Assembly: GCA_051532035.1 (NCBI GenBank)
Contig: JAOPTW010000064.1
Coordinates: 1 to 52,345 of the forward strand
Origin: Fibrobacterales bacterium
GTDB taxonomy: Bacteria; Fibrobacterota; Fibrobacteria; Fibrobacterales; JAOPTW01
Direction of reading: 5' to 3'
DNA: 52,345 nt
The translations under genes were made by a program, and so were the position numbers. The notes under the pieces were generated by a model. The model saw only the letters and a program-made list of their open reading frames with translations, was not told the origin of the DNA and searched no databases. This document shows positions 1-11,400 of this stretch, in pieces. Position 1 is the stretch's first letter. Every line of letters starts with the position of its first letter.

Positions 1-881
1 ATTTCATCGGCAATACGAATGAGGTTCTCCCCACTCTTTTTGGTTACATTGAGTGAAATTGCGGGAACACCATTAATACGAGATATTGTCTCTGCCTCTT
101 TGTAAGAAAAGCGAGCAGTACCAAGATCACGGAGCTTCACTTTCTTACCCTTATTTTTTATGATCAACTCTTGAAAGAGTGCCGGGTCTTTAATCTCACC
201 AGAAATTGAGATAGAGTAGTGTTTAGAAGTGTTTTTAAGGACTCCACCAGGAATAGTAGTGTTTTCTGCACGGATCGCTTTTGACACATCATCTAAAGAA
301 AGTCCGTAGTGCTTAAGCTTAAGAGGATCAATTTCAATCGCAAGTTCTTTTTCGAGCTTACCCGTAAGAGTACAATCGAGTACACCCCTGATTCGCTTTA
401 TCTCATCTTGAAGATAGTCCGCATGTTTTTCTATAACTTCAAGCCCTTCTGGGTGTGATAGAACTGCGATAAAAATGGGCTGATCTGAAAAATTGAGTTC
501 TTTTACGTAGGGTTCTTCAGCCTCACCTGGTATTTGTACTTTTGCGATATCAACACGCTCACGCACTCTTCTGAGAGCGGTCTCAACATCAGTATTACTG
601 TTAAAATCCACTGTAATAGAAGAGAAACCCTGCTTAGAGGTTGAATAGATGTGCTTCACATCTGATGTTCCGTCAATCTCTTCTTCAATAGGACGCGTTA
701 CCAACGCTTCAATATCCTTTGCAGCAACACCGGGATAAATAGTATTGATAAAAATCTTTGGTTGTTTTATCTCTGGGGCAGATTCACGGGGAAGATCAAA
801 ATATGCTGTAGCTCCCAGTATAATGATAATAAAGGCCAAAGTAAAGACGGCCATATAACGGTGTACAATTTTCTTGATCAT
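1..881 (-). CDS. Efflux RND transporter permease (AcrB/AcrD/AcrF family), N-terminal part, runs off window start
   Basis: Not in the ORF track. Translated by hand from ATG at 881: MIKKIVHRYMAVFTLAFIIIILGATAYFDLPRESAPEIKQPKIFINTIYPGVAAKDIEALVTRPIEEEI, a typical AcrB-family N-terminus. Directly follows the MFP gene. Confidence 0.93.
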   Translation of the reverse strand, partial: MIKKIVHRYMAVFTLAFIIIILGATAYFDLPRESAPEIKQPKIFINTIYPGVAAKDIEALVTRPIEEEIDGTSDVKHIYSTSKQGFSSITVDFNSNTDVETALRRVRERVDIAKVQIPGEAEEPYVKELNFSDQPIFIAVLSHPEGLEVIEKHADYLQDEIKRIRGVLDCTLTGKLEKELAIEIDPLKLKHYGLSLDDVSKAIRAENTTIPGGVLKNTSKHYSISISGEIKDPALFQELIIKNKGKKVKLRDLGTARFSYKEAETISRINGVPAISLNVTKKSGENLIRIADE

Positions 882-886
882 ATGAT

Positions 887-2002
887 TTACCCTTCTTCAC
901 CTTTTGGAGATACAGGTTTTTCAACAATTTTGAGGGGGCTTCCGTTAACGACATTTACATACCCTTTTACAATAAGGTCGTCACCAGGAGCGATAGCACC
1001 GGTTACAAGAACTTCTGTCTCATTTGAAGCAACAACTTCTATTGAACGTTTTTGAGCAACACCATTATTATTCACCATCACCACATTTTCGGTAGCGAGA
1101 GAAATAATTGTATGAGATGGTATCACTACTGCATCATTCCATACTTTTCTCAAAAGTTTTACCTTTGCTACTAAACCAAGCTGAATGTCATTACCATTAG
1201 AAGTCAACCGTACTTCCGCCATATATTTACGCTCTTGAGGGTCGAGGGCTTGGGCTATACTATAGATTTTGCCATACCACACTTTATCTTTCTCACTTGA
1301 AAGGCGAATTTCTGCAACATTACCTGCTTTAAAACCCGAAATTTGATCTTCAGGAATACCTACTTTAACCTTGAGTACACCGGTTTGACCAATAGTGAGT
1401 GTCGCGGTACCTGGAGCGATATTGTCGAAGCGAGAGATGTGTTTTGCGAGAACTCTCCCAGAAATTGATGAACGACACTCAGCGCCAAGGGCAATCTTTC
1501 TCGTCTGAAGTGCCTGCTGTTTTGCTGTAAGGTACTCGAGTTTTGCTTGTTTTACCCGTGTACTCGATGTATTCCCGGACTGTAGATGCTTTTGCAATCG
1601 CTTGTAGTTGTCTTCTGCCAAACTCTGAGCTGTTTGGGCTGCCTCATATTGGGTAGTATAAATATCAGCGTCAATATCACAAAGTGGAGTATTTTTTTTA
1701 ATATACTGCCCCTCTTTCACATTAAGTTGATGTACTTCGCCCCCATTATAAGAGATAAGAGTCGTCTGATTTTCCGCTTCAATTACTCCATAGTAAGAGT
1801 AGTACTCTTCGAAGGATCGCTTGATAATTGGTTCAGTAACCACAGAAACTCTCTTAATATCTGCTTTTTCCCGAGTTACAATGGTCTCTTTGAGTTCGCT
1901 ATTGATCTCAATATTTGTATCACCCTTTGAGTCGTCTTGACACCCCAAAAAGATTGCACCGGTTACCAGTGCTATTGCTGTAGTTTTTAGTAATTTATTC
2001 AT
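887..2002 (-). CDS. Efflux RND periplasmic adaptor (membrane fusion) lipoprotein
   Basis: Lipobox FLGC, barrel-sandwich motifs (VKEGQYIKK, SSISGRV), C-terminal VVIPSH...GDDLIVKG. Start at 2002 overlaps the TolC stop; alternative start 2011. Confidence 0.92.
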   Translation of the reverse strand: MNKLLKTTAIALVTGAIFLGCQDDSKGDTNIEINSELKETIVTREKADIKRVSVVTEPIIKRSFEEYYSYYGVIEAENQTTLISYNGGEVHQLNVKEGQYIKKNTPLCDIDADIYTTQYEAAQTAQSLAEDNYKRLQKHLQSGNTSSTRVKQAKLEYLTAKQQALQTRKIALGAECRSSISGRVLAKHISRFDNIAPGTATLTIGQTGVLKVKVGIPEDQISGFKAGNVAEIRLSSEKDKVWYGKIYSIAQALDPQERKYMAEVRLTSNGNDIQLGLVAKVKLLRKVWNDAVVIPSHTIISLATENVVMVNNNGVAQKRSIEVVASNETEVLVTGAIAPGDDLIVKGYVNVVNGSPLKIVEKPVSPKGEEG

Positions 2003-3359
2003 AAATTGCATACCCCTGCGTTAAACGCACATTAACCAGCGCAAGGAGTTCTTGCAACTGGGCTTTAAAAAATTCAGTATTAACAGTGTTATAGTCTTGT
2101 TCTGACTGTTTAAAATCAAGCAGTGAAATATCACCTACTTTATAGTCGCTCTGTTTTTGCTCAAAGACAATTTTAGAGGCCTCAACACTCATAGTGAGCG
2201 CTTTGAGCATATTACGTATTGCTGAAAGGTTATTCACCGCATCAATTGCTTTACTTGTCTGAGCTCGTTTTGCTATCAACACATTACGCTTTGCAATACG
2301 CGCATCTATTGCAGCTTTTTTTGCATTTGCATTAACGGTACCCCCTGTAAATACTGGAACCGTTAATGCAATGCCAATACTATAATCAAAATATTCAGGG
2401 CTATAATATTCACTCCCTTTAGGTATAACTTCTGACTGTTTAATTGGAGCTTTTGTCGTATCAGCATTTGGTATTGTAATCTCGTCAAAATTCATATTCA
2501 TAAAATCATGTTTAACACCACCTATTAAGGCAATATCAGGGTACTTCAAAGAGTTCTGGTATTTAGCTACCTGATCTGCAATACGTAATTGATTTTCTAA
2601 AAGAACCACCTCTTTTGTCACACCTTCTATATGTGCATTCGGTACTTCAAATAAGGAACCATCAATGACTGCTATTTCAAGTTCAATCATCTCGTCAGGT
2701 GAAAGATTGAGAAAGTCATTCAAAGCCCTCAAAGCAACTTCACTTCTATTTTTTGACTGGAGTGAAGCTGCTTTCGAAAGCCCAACTTGAGCCTTAATCT
2801 GCATTTCATCAACATTTGATTTGACCCCTGCATCAACATCAATAGCTGTCATTGCTAAAAGATCGTTATATATACCGAGTGATGTGGTATCTAGCTCGTA
2901 TTGATACTGTCCATAGAGTGCATCAACATAGTATTGAATAGCAGAAAGATAATAGAAGTCCATCTCAAAATCTTTTTTACTCTGCAATGTTTTTATTTGT
3001 TGTTTTTCCATTTCGAGCACTAGGCCTAAACGAAAAACATTGAGAGTTTGGCGAAACCCAAGTTCCATATTAAAGAGTCGCGAATGAGAGTTACTCAATT
3101 GAAATTGACTTGTACCCGAGCTAACTGTATTTGTGGGTGAAAATGAGTAGATGTAATTACTGCTGACAGAGACCTGAGGATAAGCAGACCCCGCATAGGC
3201 CTTCGCCTCTTCAATACCCGAAGCAATACCATCTTTAATTATAGCGCTTTTGTCTGTCCCTGCTTGAGCGCGCTTAAGAATATCACTTAGAGTCTTAATG
3301 GGCCCTTCATTTGCAGCAACTGTTCCCAGTATAAGTAACACTATTCCAATAATCTTCAT
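1995..3359 (-). CDS. TolC-family outer membrane efflux protein
   Basis: Signal peptide, YPQVSVS and YPDIAL repeats, LTVPVFTGG. First gene of the RND operon. ATG 3359 has an AGGAAAG RBS; the track start is 3392. Confidence 0.88.
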   Translation of the reverse strand: MKIIGIVLLILGTVAANEGPIKTLSDILKRAQAGTDKSAIIKDGIASGIEEAKAYAGSAYPQVSVSSNYIYSFSPTNTVSSGTSQFQLSNSHSRLFNMELGFRQTLNVFRLGLVLEMEKQQIKTLQSKKDFEMDFYYLSAIQYYVDALYGQYQYELDTTSLGIYNDLLAMTAIDVDAGVKSNVDEMQIKAQVGLSKAASLQSKNRSEVALRALNDFLNLSPDEMIELEIAVIDGSLFEVPNAHIEGVTKEVVLLENQLRIADQVAKYQNSLKYPDIALIGGVKHDFMNMNFDEITIPNADTTKAPIKQSEVIPKGSEYYSPEYFDYSIGIALTVPVFTGGTVNANAKKAAIDARIAKRNVLIAKRAQTSKAIDAVNNLSAIRNMLKALTMSVEASKIVFEQKQSDYKVGDISLLDFKQSEQDYNTVNTEFFKAQLQELLALVNVRLTQGYAIYE

Positions 3360-3403
3360 ACGCTTTCCTAAGTTTGTAAAAACACCAATCATATCTGAAA
3401 ATC

Positions 3404-3417
3404 TGACTGTGCGGTCA
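3404..3417. promoter_or_regulatory. TetR-like operator palindrome TGACTGTGCGGTCA upstream of efflux operon
   Basis: 12 of 14 positions palindromic, about 45 bp upstream of the TolC start. Confidence 0.5.
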
Positions 3418-3640
3418 AAGTAAAAACTTTAGTCTCTCCAAACAAGCCGACGTTACAATTAGAAACACTTTAATATGCATCTAACACTCTCTTAAACACA
3501 CAATATGGAGCAATATGTCACTTTTAATGTCTCTAACAGAGATATTCTTAACCTTTACCAAGTTTGTACTGAATAAGGGTGTGTATTATCATTGATTCAG
3601 AGAAGCGCTCTGCTCATTTGGTAGCAATTTATGGATTAAT

Positions 3641-4019
3641 GTGAATGCGCATGCCTCCATCCAACCATGCAACCCTATAATTTCCCCCATATTACTTCCA
3701 AGTGCGGTGATCTTCCCTATAACGGTGAATGCGCACATATCAATCCAACTCTGCAACCCTATTAGCGCCCTCATATTACCTCCAAGTGCAGCAATATTCC
3801 CTATAACGATGAGTGCGCACATATCAATCCGACTCTGCAACCCTATAAATCCCCTCATATTGCCTCCAAGTACAGCAATATTCCCTATAACAATGAGTGC
3901 GCACATATCAATCCGACTCTGCAACCCTATAAGTCCCCTCATATTACCTCCAAGTACAGCAATATTCCCTATAACAATGAATGCGCACACCTCAATCCGA
4001 CCAATCTCTCCTATAACTA
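3641..4019. repeat. Tandem array of 84-bp units (4 full plus a diverging partial) with CCCTATWA core every 42 bp
   Basis: Units start at 3641, 3725, 3809, 3893, 3977. Core at 3673, 3715, 3757, 3799, 3841, 3883, 3925, 3967 and 4009 (TCCTATAA). Confidence 0.95.
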
Positions 4020-4190
4020 AGGAAAAACAGGTACTTTCGAGTGAGATAACCTCTTACCAAATATGTTTTAGTAGCTTACTATTGAGTAATTCATACCTCA
4101 GCTCAAGCAAAACGTCTAACCACCATAGTCAACCTCATATTAATTTGTAACATTTAACCTATCCATTTAATAAACTAATTCTTCTCTATA

Positions 4191-4727
4191 ATGCAAACGC
4201 CTTTAAAAACAATCACCATCTCCATTCTTCTCTTTTCTACGATCATTTTATCTACTCCTATTGACAAGTACATCGGTTCTCTTGAACTTGGATTCAACCA
4301 TGAAGATATTCTGCTTGGAGGTGAATTTAAAGGCGTATCTAATACACTCGGCTTATCGTTTGGACCAATGTTTACCGTAAGACCCTATGAAAAAAAAGTA
4401 CTGGTAGAGACAGATCAAAACTCTTATTATCAATTTAGAGAAGTGAGATATACTATTGGCCTGAATGCCGAAAAGTACTTTTTCTTCGATAAAAATGCCC
4501 TAGCCCTTATGGCAGGAGTAGCTTATTCAGGAAGTCAATATAGCGGCACTGCAAAAAAAGGCGAAACAGGATTTATACCTGTTATAAAAGTTGGATATAT
4601 ACGATCTTATTTTGGTGCCTATTATCGGTACATGAAGACTGAACATGTCATAAATCATCAAATCACCCTCAACGTCTTTTTAGGCAATACAATCTATAAT
4701 CTTGTACAGGGAATCGATAATGAGTAA
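4191..4727 (+). CDS. Hypothetical exported protein, possible small outer-membrane beta-barrel
   Basis: Signal peptide and alternating aromatic/Gly beta-strand pattern. Confidence 0.65.
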   Translation: MQTPLKTITISILLFSTIILSTPIDKYIGSLELGFNHEDILLGGEFKGVSNTLGLSFGPMFTVRPYEKKVLVETDQNSYYQFREVRYTIGLNAEKYFFFDKNALALMAGVAYSGSQYSGTAKKGETGFIPVIKVGYIRSYFGAYYRYMKTEHVINHQITLNVFLGNTIYNLVQGIDNE

Positions 4728-5181
4728 GATGAAAAATCTACTATATATATGTCGTCTAATAAAAATGAGTGTTGCACTGATTATTTTGACTATACTGTTT
4801 AGCTGTACTACTTATAATGAAGAAGAGGACTGTGATGAGCGCCCCCTTTGGAAAGCCTGCTCTAGTGCTCCAAGTCAAGCGGGAGAGATCACAATAGAAG
4901 TAACCCTCAATGAGGAAAACCCCAGGGTTACTGTGACTATTTACAACGGTGACTTTGAAAACAATAAGGTTGTTCTTACAAAACTCATTTCTGAAAACAA
5001 AACTACCATTTCTCTCCCTATCGGAAGTTATTCAGCTACAATTAAATATGCCGTAGGTGATAAATATATTACTGCAGTAGATGGTGGCTCTCTTGAAAAC
5101 TCCTCAATTGAATACTGTGAAGGCATCTGCTATGAAGAAGTCGAAATCACCTTTGACCTTACATTAGGTGATTGGTTTTAG
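4720..5181 (+). CDS. Hypothetical lipoprotein, beta-sandwich, Cys-containing
   Basis: Lipobox LFSC and acidic beta-rich domain. Start uncertain (4702, 4720 or 4765). Confidence 0.7.
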   Translation: MSKMKNLLYICRLIKMSVALIILTILFSCTTYNEEEDCDERPLWKACSSAPSQAGEITIEVTLNEENPRVTVTIYNGDFENNKVVLTKLISENKTTISLPIGSYSATIKYAVGDKYITAVDGGSLENSSIEYCEGICYEEVEITFDLTLGDWF

Positions 5182-5406
5182 AAAATCATCAATTTGAACT
5201 TGCTTCAATTTCACTTTAATTACATCCTGCATATCTTAAAATAACACAATCGATAGTTGGGTTAATTGATCAATACTCATAGAGTCTTTAGAGCTTTTTA
5301 CGCTATTCATTTTCACTAAAATATTACTTCAACTAACTGAACTAAGTTGTAGCTTATTTATGTACAAAGTTATATTCTAAAAGTAACAGAGAGCCGGGAG
5401 GTCGTC

Positions 5407-8400
5407 ATGAAAAAGGTACTACTTTTCATACTAGGGCTGCTCATCACACAAGCAGTATACTCTCAGGCGGCATATTTCAACAACTTCCTCAGCATTGATA
5501 ACCCACTCCTTCCCGATAGTGCAACCGCGACGCCTTCAGCATATAGAGCTGATACACTGCGACTTATCATACAGCTTGGAGGTACGCTCGAGTGGAAGGC
5601 AGACTATGATGCGAACCCAGATAGCATCACTGCGAGGCTCTATAATTATCTTGACTCTACGATAGTCGTTCCATTAACAATTGTACGGGTTGACTCATGT
5701 CAAATATCATATCAGTGTGTGTATGTCAAAGGCTTCATTCCAGATAGCGTCCCGCTCAATGAGTATCGCATAGAAACGACCTCCCCTTCAAGTAACCCAA
5801 CGATGATTACTCAGCCCTTTTTTCTATTCGACAAAGCAACCGCATTATGGAATTATACAAATAATCAACTTACGTTATGGTTTAGTGAGGCTTTAGCAAG
5901 CATGATGCAAGACTCATTGACCTTTACCTTTAGTAGAGAAGGCTTTCCTAATGACTCACTTATTATTAATGGCTGGATGGGTAGTCCTTCTTCGGGATTC
6001 GATTCTACTGTCATTGATCTATCCACCTATGGACCTACCATGCCCAACTATATGCACCATGGAAGTAACCTTCTTTTACGCTATGTAGAAACTGACTTCA
6101 TAATGCAATCGAGTGGAGAAAATTTACCACCAGCAATTGTTCCTGTTCAAGTAGTGGGTTCTCCCTACTTTATAGCCAAGGCAGAAATAAACCCTGTTGA
6201 TTCACTCCTTATCCTCTATTTTCATGAGAAGATTAATCCGAGCTTTATAGATAATACCCAAACGATTACCGTAACCAATAACAGTTCGGTCTTTAGCTTT
6301 TACACAGTGCTCGATCGACTGCTCTATGTCGGTGATTCGACAATGGCCGTACTGCAACTCCCTCCGCTTACGCCTGGGCTCGATTCAACAGCATGGCGAC
6401 TAGAAGTAAATCCCAATACCTTTGTAAACCTCATAAATACCGATCCTAATGCAATAATTGTTGCTACTGATAATTTTATCATTCACCAAGCAATCCCCGC
6501 CTCACCGACACTCGACTCTGCGGTACTCTCTAATTACGCCTCAAACCTCTCACTCTTCTGGTCCGACCCAGTTATCTATGATAGCATGCCAGGGCTGAAT
6601 ATTATAGCCCTTGACCCTTCGGGGGTTTATCAAAGCCATGTTGATATATCATCTCACTATATATATACAACTACCGGTGATTCTACAGCTATTTGGTGGG
6701 ACTATATGCTTACAGATACTCTCTTTAATTGGCTCAAAAAAGAGTGGCAGGTATCTATCCACGTTGGATATGGACAGTATCGAGACTCACTCTCTGGAGA
6801 TCTGGTGTCGTTACAAACTATCCCCCTAACCATACGCGATGATTATGTACAAATGATGATCGTAGAGCCTGATTATACACTCGACACAAACAGCCACTAC
6901 TTTTTTGACATTGCACTGATGCACACAATACATGACCCTTCTCAGTATATCGTCACAGGAGTATCAGGTAATGAGAGTGCTATAAGTAACGGGAGCCTTA
7001 CCTTCCATTGGACCGGAATACACTGGCTTATGGAGTTCTATACCGGACCAAATACGGACACCGTCAGCATCAATATAACCATCCAAAGTCCTAGTGATGG
7101 CAGCAGTACTACCTATAATTTTTCAACAAACACCGGAGATTACCCCCAGCTCCCCTTTAGGCCCAAAGCGGTACAGATCATGGTCGACTCAATTACACAA
7201 CAAGAGTATCTATCCATAGAGATGCTTCACCATGTATCTCTTGGTGACTCTAAGGCCTTTTCTCTTAAGGTATATAATGACCCTTTTCTCAATAGCCTGT
7301 ATACTGAAATTTCATTTGATAGCCTTGACAATCAGTTTTTAAATGACAGCGCAGCTATTTTAAGGCTCTCTGTCACACCTACCCAAAAATCTATGATAGA
7401 ATCATGGATTGCCGCTGGTAAACACTTAGTATTCCGTACCTATTCTGGCTTCGCTCAGTCACTTATCACCAATCAACAACTCCCTGAAACCCTTTTTGAG
7501 GTAAAATTATGGGAGCAATACCCTCCACCGTTCGAAATCATTGGGCCTACCTTTATCCAGATCCCCTACACCCAAACAGGCGATTCCATAGCCTATTATA
7601 CTTATGACGAATATTACCAAAACGATATAGAAGTATATGCTACTTCAACCAATCCAGCACTCATTTATCCCATTGATAGTTCACTATCCCCTGGACCACT
7701 CTATTACTTTCCCTATACTCTTTCAAGCGCACTTGGTCAATGTAGCCTCCAAATTGAGGGATACAACATGTACTATGAATATATGGATACCATGACCAGT
7801 TTTGTTGACATATATAATCCCGCCGACCCCACTCACTATGTGCTCATCGCCCCCGGGACAGCAATGGTCCTCACTCATTCAACTACAGTTCTTGCAGCAA
7901 CCATAGAATCAAAATATACAATTGAAGAGATAACTATTACCGCAAGTACCAGCATGGGACTTATTGCTCCTGAAAATATATCTATCACAAAAGAAACCTA
8001 TAACACATGGTTAGTTACTGTATCATCAACGGGACTTACGGGTTCAGAATATATAACTCTTAACCTGATACATGGATCTTTTGGAATACTCCATTCCACA
8101 ACGATCCCACTCGAAATCTATCTTCCAACGGTCACTCTATCAATTGATACCTATCCTGACAGCATCAATTACGAAGATATAACCACCATTGGAATTACGA
8201 CAGCCGCTGGATTCCCTCTCGCTATAGACTGGGGGCTTACTACTGGCCTGAGCCCTTCTTCACTCATCTTGAACAATATGGGAGGTGGAGTATGGAGCCT
8301 TACGGTATCACCAACCAACGAAGAATGGGGACCGGTAGCGATAGCGATCAATGCTACCGATGGTTATGGTGCCACCCTCTCTACCTCAGTCCTCAATGTT

Positions 8401-11400
8401 TATGTTAAATCACCACTTCATAGATTTACTGTTGAAGATTTTGATCATATAATAGGATACAATGAGATGCGTACCATTAGAGTATTTATACATCCTGAAC
8501 TTACCCTAACGGTTGAGAGCGGCGAAACAAATGTCATAGCAAACTCTGGATTACGATGGGTAAATATGGGTGATGGCCAGTGGGTGATTTATGTTACTCC
8601 CACTGAGGGCCAGTGGGGTATTGCAGATTTATTCATACAAACCTACACCAGCAACAACACCACTATCGGCTCTCACCAACTTACCGTAGAAATTGATAAT
8701 CAAGATGACTCATTTTATGAACCTTGCATTACCTTTTGTTTACAGCGTGCCGTATTTGAACACAATCTCACAAATAGCACCATACTTTTTGAATTTAATG
8801 AACCTATGGAATTTGTACAATCGGGCACTATTCATTTAATAGCCTACCAGTATGAATCGCGTGATGACCCTGCTCCTAAAATTCTTCAAGAAATGACATT
8901 TACTATCGATGCTCAAACATCACTCAATACCAATTCGGTTCAGTTTGCTCTTACCGAAAGTGACGTCACTCTCGTTAAAAAAATGCACCTCCAATCAAAT
9001 GTATTGTTAGCAGAAATAAACGTCCCTCTTTTCAGAGGTCTTACAAGCAATGTGATGAATGCATTCCGCCAAGCACCTGTCGACCTAGAGCAGGGTGCTG
9101 TACTCCAACTGTACGCCGCTCAGTATGAACCATTTGAACATAAGCTTCAGTTAACATTTGATGGTATACTCGATGCCTCAAGCCTCATACCAGAAGACAT
9201 CATTACGATCGCAGAGCACGGACTTGAAACATCAGATGAAAAGAGTATGGATATAGTACTGCAGAAGTACTACTTTGGTGATGAAGATTGTGATGAGTGC
9301 AATGGGGATGCTCAAGAATTAACCGTTTTTGTGAGCCCACAAGAACATCGGGCCCTCCAATCATTTCAACATAAAAACAATCTAATCATACACCTCGATG
9401 ATGGCCTTCTTAGAAGCTCCAGCGATCAACCTCTACAAGAGTCAACCATTGAATATTCAATACCTCTCACCTACGGTATCAGTTATGGCTCTAATTGGAT
9501 AACCGCCGCTACCTTTGACATAGAACAGAAACTACTCCAACTTACCTTATCAACCGACATAACCGCCTATAATTCTGTTCAAGTAGATATGGATATTGCG
9601 ACAATTTCTCTCTTCCTTATATTTGGAGTGAGAGATTCAATGTTTGCCTCAGATGGTCCTCCCCTCGAAATCCAATCAAACACAGTCTACCTACGGACAA
9701 ATGATGATCAATTTACGTACTATCCATCAGACAGTACTCTGATCATTCAGCTCAACACCACTAATAGTGACGAAGCGGAATACTGGAGAACCTATTATAG
9801 TGCCGTCCTCGAAGATGAAATGGTAATCTATTTGCACCATGGAGTACTCACCAATACAGAAAATGCAACAAATCCAGACCTTACTTTTACGGTAGACCTC
9901 GGAGAAGTGATACTCCCTGAAGACACTACGTATATACCACCTGATGACACTTTAGCCCCACCACCAGCCGATAGTACCTTCGATTTTTCGGCCCCAGAAG
10001 TTGACTTGAAAAAATTTGACGGAGTCACCTACTTCATCATGGGTGATTTATGGAAAGTTAATATATCAACCAGCAGCTTTTCATTCAATGCATTTACAGC
10101 ACAATTCGAGGAGTATACCACAGGAGATAGAGTATATTTAGAAGCTGACAAATATTATACTGTAGTGCGCAACAGTGGTACGCAATATTCCACTGCTACA
10201 ACGATAACTGGATCTGCATATACATCTTTAGACTTTGATATCAAGTCAATGGGAACAGCCTATAGAATTCAATTTTTAAATTCCTACACCAAGGATGCTG
10301 AAAATGTGCGATTTGGCTATAGTGTTATAAACTTGAAAACGGCTACAGCTGATACCGTTTTAGATTTCCATAAGTCATCTATAGATAAATTTGGATTACC
10401 TGGGGACTCTTTAAGAGTCAGCGCATTTATAACATCCCTTACCGATGCCGACTCTACATTTATTCAATCATTCCTCATAACTAAAGATATTTCTTTGGTT
10501 ATTCCAACCACTGTAACAGTTCCCGAAGATACTTGGCAAATGGTCTCGTTTGGCTCAGTCCCCTATCAAACTTCTCAGCTCGACGATGATGTTTCTCTAT
10601 TCTGGTGGTATGACGCAGCATTGCGCGACCTTCTTTTTGACCGCTACTTTTCCAAAGACAATATTGATGCAGTCTTACCCGGTCAAAGTGCATGGGTCAA
10701 ATCTGACACTGCGCTAACCCTGCTCGTTACCTTCGATACATCCTTAGTCTCTCTCGACATTATACATGGTGACGATGGTTGGAATCAAGTTTCCAATCCT
10801 TATGGATTTAATCTGGAGACACAAGCATTTGGCGAACGTGACTTTTTTAAATGGAACGGAAACAACTATAACCTCGTCAATTACCTCATACCCGGAGAAG
10901 GCTACTGGACAACAGTCTCTCGGGATGAAACGATTGATATTGAGAGACTCGTTGCTTGGAACCATGCTGAACAAACGACATCAAATGTGCTCTATAAAAA
11001 ATCAATTCCTACAAAAGGAGATTGGGATATGGCCATAAGTTTAAAAGCACTCAAGAGTAACTTACATGATGAATACAATGCAATTGGTATAAAACCTTAT
11101 GCTACAAATGATATTGATGCTTTCGATAAGAGAGAACTCCCAGTCGCATTAGGCGATGCAGTCGCCCTATCCTTTGTACAAAGTGATCTTTTATTTAGAA
11201 CAGATTACAAATCAGAAATTAAAGAATATGCAGTGTGGAATATATCTGCCGGAACAACAAAAGAAGAGCCGATACGTGCAATACTCACCCTTGATGGACT
11301 GCGAGATATCCAGCAACTGGGATATACCTTCTACCTTATAGAAGGTAACTCACATCAGAAAATCGAAAATCCTGACACTGAGATTCTCTTAAATGGAACC

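Noticed and set aside
3641..4019. CRISPR array
   Set aside because: Whole units are near-identical with no unique spacers, and no cas genes are present.
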